Assembly (NCBI GenBank): GCA_043228905.1
Contig: JBHGNT010000010.1
Location: forward strand, 9,734,001 to 9,798,000
Length of the DNA stretch: 64,000 nt
Reading direction: 5' to 3'
DNA from: Azolla caroliniana
Lineage: Eukaryota; Plantae; Polypodiophyta
Translations under genes and position numbers: made by a program
In this document: piece by piece, positions 60,614 through 64,000 of the stretch
Numbering within the stretch: the first letter of the stretch is position 1
Layout: every line of letters starts with the position of its first letter
The notes under the pieces: generated by a model
The model's database searches: none
Seen by the model: the letters and a program-made list of their open reading frames with translations, nothing else
What the model was told of the DNA's origin: nothing

Positions 60614-61411
60614 TGTCGTAGTGTATTCCACACACTACGTGAAAAAGTAAAAATAATATAACCGATTTAATTACATATAAATAAATAAAATAAGAATATC
60701 AAGATATTTATCACCAATCAATAAAATAAGAATATCAAGATATTTATCACGTGCATAGGGCAAGATTTGAACCTTGTACCTCCACGTAGCCAAATCTCAA
60801 CTTTACCATTATACTACCTTATCTTTAGTGTTCTACAAATAGATTTAATAACTATAAGTCCTTTATTTGCGCCTACCTTTATTAAAAGGTAAATCATGCA
60901 TTTTTAGAGTGCGTGAATATTTTATAGAAAAACGCAAGCAACTAAAAAGTGACTCATGCACATCTAGCGTGCATGAGCACTATATTTAGCAAATAAAAGC
61001 AAGGATTAGAAAAGCATCACATGCACATTTAGTGTGCATGAACATATTAGAAAAAAGCATGTAGCTATGCTTAGTCTCTCCCATCACTATATAAGGATGG
61101 GGAGCACATTGTAGTTTTTGTTGATTATTTTTCTATAATGATCAATCAATCTAAAATATTCGTGGGATTCACGAATTTGCTAAAATAATTCTCTCTTACT
61201 ACCTAAATATTGACTAAATATACTAAACTCGTGGGATTCACGAGATTCTTATCTTATAACTCTTTATACCTATTCTTTACTAGCCTTATTTGTATTTTTC
61301 TTTCCTCCTAGTCCAAAACCTCGGCGGTTCCCACCCGACTCACGCAACGATCCGGAGCCGAAAGGCACGACACAGTTGGTGAACCCGACGTGAAGACCGG
61401 GTGGCAAGGAG

Positions 61412-63454
61412 ATGGAAAATCAACCGGAGGCTAACAACATGATGATGATGTTCGAGCGCATGCTACAAGAACAACGCGCGATGTCGGAGATAGCGGCATC
61501 AGTGGAGCGGCTCGTGCAACGAAACGGGCAATTCAACAGGAAAGACGTGTCGCGGTATCTTCGGGATTACAAGGCGGAGATGCTACGGTGCGGAATATCG
61601 GAAGGACTGCAAGTGACGTCCTTCAACCGGGTGGCGACCGACGAGCTTCAAGCAAGCATCCATGGGCTACGATAGCAAAATCCAACATGGGAGGCGTTTG
61701 AAGTAGAGCTAAAGAGGGCGTTCGCCATCGAGGATTCCTCCAAGGCGACGCGAAGGGGATTCGAAGACTGGGTGGAGACGCCGGACAAGGGATTGAAGGT
61801 CGTTGATGTGTTTTCGGCATTCGAAAGCCGGTTCGGGAGGTTGTCCGCGAGAGATCAAGCTATCCTCGTACCGGACAAGGTGATCATGTTCTTGCGAGCC
61901 GTGGACGTCCGGGACCGGAAAGATCTCGGAGTGCTCTTGGAGGACACGACCACGGAGAGCAGCCTCACCGAAACATGGGAAAGCGTGCGGGATATCGTCG
62001 CGCGATACACGAAGAGGGGGCAATGGCTTGCCGACGAGGAAAAGAGGGTTTCGGAACCGATTCCGAAACCGAGAACCGGATTGGAAGACCATCAACTGAG
62101 GGCTCGAGAGACTACAACCGAGAAGGCGATTGATGCATCTACGGTGGAGCAACTATTGAAGGAGATGGAGAATCTGAAGATCGCGATGGTGAAGAAGTCG
62201 GATGACCGCCCCACAAGCTCCAAGTATACGGACCGACGGTGCATATGGTGCGATAGCGCCGAACACGATCGGAGGGATTGCGACGAGCATAAGGAGGCGC
62301 TACGGCGGGATCTCATCTACTACGAGGGAAACCGGATTCATTCGATGGACTCTCGGAAGCCACTCCGACCGAACTTCCGTAAAGGCGGCATGAAGAAGGT
62401 GCTCGAGGAGGAATTGGCGGCAAGAAGCAACTATGCGACAACCGCGGGAATATGTGTCGGGGAGTCATCGAGAGCAAAGACGTCTTTTTGGCCGGAAGTT
62501 CTAGAAAACACTGAGAAAACCGACTCTAACGAGATCCGAAGCACCGCGGAAGGCGTCCGGGAAGCTACGGGATGGGAGTGCCCTGTCGACAAGAATAGCA
62601 TATACGCCCTGTGTCAATTGCATAAGGTGTATGTGGACGAGAAACGACGACGCACGGAGGATGCGGCCGGGCCATCGAAGATACCGGAAAGCTGGAACTC
62701 CGGAGGTAAGGGAAAAGAAAAGGCGACTCCGGCATTCAAGCTCGCCTCGGACATAGAACAACAAACCGACTTGAAAAGAGTGTTCGAGGAAAGAATCTTG
62801 GATAGTCGGGTAGATTTCTCCCTTCGGGAGCTACTCGGAATAGCAAAGAAGGAGTTCCACGATCTTCTCGTGGATCTCGTGAAGCGAAAAAGACAAAGTA
62901 CGGAGGAAAATGCTCCAAGGGTGAATGTGAACACCGTTTTAATGAACGACACCGAAGTGGAGGACGAAATTCCAAACTCCCACTATACAAGGCCACATTG
63001 GGCACGCGCGACTACGGAGACTCCGGTCCGAATCGGCAACATCAAAGAACCCGTGCTAGCATTGATTGATCACGGATCGGAGATCAACTTGATGTCCAAG
63101 GAGTTCTACCGGAAGGGGAAGTGGCCTATTAACACAAACCATGGATGGAAGATTCGGGCGGCCACCAAAGCAACGGAAGATCTATTTGCGGCTTGTCCGG
63201 ATGTGACGGTGAAGATCGGGGATGTCGAGATCGACCAAAATTTCTTCGTGCAAGATGAGGTTTCACATTCCGTCATCCTCGGCCAACCCTTTATCACGGC
63301 ATCACGGATGGAGACGAAGGTGCTCGATAGCGGTGCGGCTTTTGCGCGAATTCAGAGCCAAAACGGTGGGAAATCCGTCCAATTCCTAACGGTGCCGGCA
63401 AATCACGAAAGGAACAAGAGGGAACTCTTGTCCCAAGTGAGAATGGATTTTTAA
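61412..63454 (+). CDS. Gag-protease ORF1 of element D (one internal TAG at 61673-61675)
   Basis: CIWCDSAEHDRRDC knuckle and ALIDHGSEIN...ILGQPF aspartic protease. Confidence 0.8.
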
Positions 63455-64000
63455 AGCGGACTGTTGTGGAGTGGGGAAGTGATAGTCCGAGAAGCCCTGA
63501 TACCCCACACAGGAAGAAAACTCTCGGAGCAAAACATGTACGAATTGGTCCGGATGGGGCATCTACGTACACGACCATAACCGGAGGATTGAAGAAAGGA
63601 TACCGACAAGTGGAGGATAAGTTGCGGTCGGCATCAATAATAAAAGAAGATGAAGAAATCGTGGGGATAGTCGAAGAAGTGTTCTATGGGAGCACACTAC
63701 AACGACTTGAAGAACTTGCGGAAGATAAAAGCCAAGGGAACCGGGTAGTCCCGGTGGAATCGGTCGAGATGTACGAGATCATTGCGAAAATGGAGCCGGA
63801 TACGCTCCGCAAAGAAGAAGCAATGGTAAGTACGAAATACAAGACCGTGGAGAAGAAGGTAAAACCGGCCGCGGGACCACTACCCGCCGATAGCGAACAA
63901 AAGAGGAAAGAAGTCTCGGGAGATCCGACACTTCGGAAGACCGTGGATATCGGACATGCCTTCACGGATGAGACCCGGAAGAAACTTCGGATCGGTGGAG
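63451..64000 (+). CDS. pol: Start of pol ORF2 in the -1 frame (partial)
   Basis: No stop found translating by eye from TTA at 63451 through KYKTVEKKVKP. I recall this motif preceding RT in fungal-type gypsy elements. Confidence 0.6.

Larger units (their letters stand above)
60614..64000 (+). mobile_element. Autonomous-type Trp-primed Ty3/gypsy-like element D; runs off window end
   Basis: LTR 60614-61372. PBS 61377-61393. Flank CCGG. Gag-protease ORF followed by an open -1 frame. Confidence 0.88.

Overview
Eukaryotic, TE-dominated nuclear DNA, most likely from a land plant and probably a non-seed lineage. That is inferred from the plant tRNA-iMet and tRNA-Trp PBS sequences and the element types. 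Almost the whole window is nested transposons. (i) A degenerate, spliced Sola2-like DDD transposase gene on the - strand (about 26040 to 3000) acts as a scaffold. It carries a chromovirus-type Ty3/gypsy element (3555-14901), which itself holds an intact Ty1/copia with apparently identical LTRs (8381-13720). Its intron holds a palindromic AGCTAATTAGCT satellite, a solo LTR and a partly tandem copia. (ii) Six insertions of a tRNA-Trp-primed Ty3/gypsy-like lineage, with 4-bp CG-centred target sites. (iii) Several more copia copies and fragments. (iv) A 5-kb foldback-like TIR element (45590-50620) holding a 7 x ~332-bp array. (v) One probable host gene for a single-pass Ser/Pro-rich membrane protein (40462-41401). 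The most striking signal is that LTRs of two different gypsy lineages carry a tRNA-like Pol III (A-box/B-box) cassette, always antisense to the element. The chromovirus version of this cassette has been captured and amplified seven-fold, between palindromes, inside the foldback element. All calls are by eye, with no database searches.
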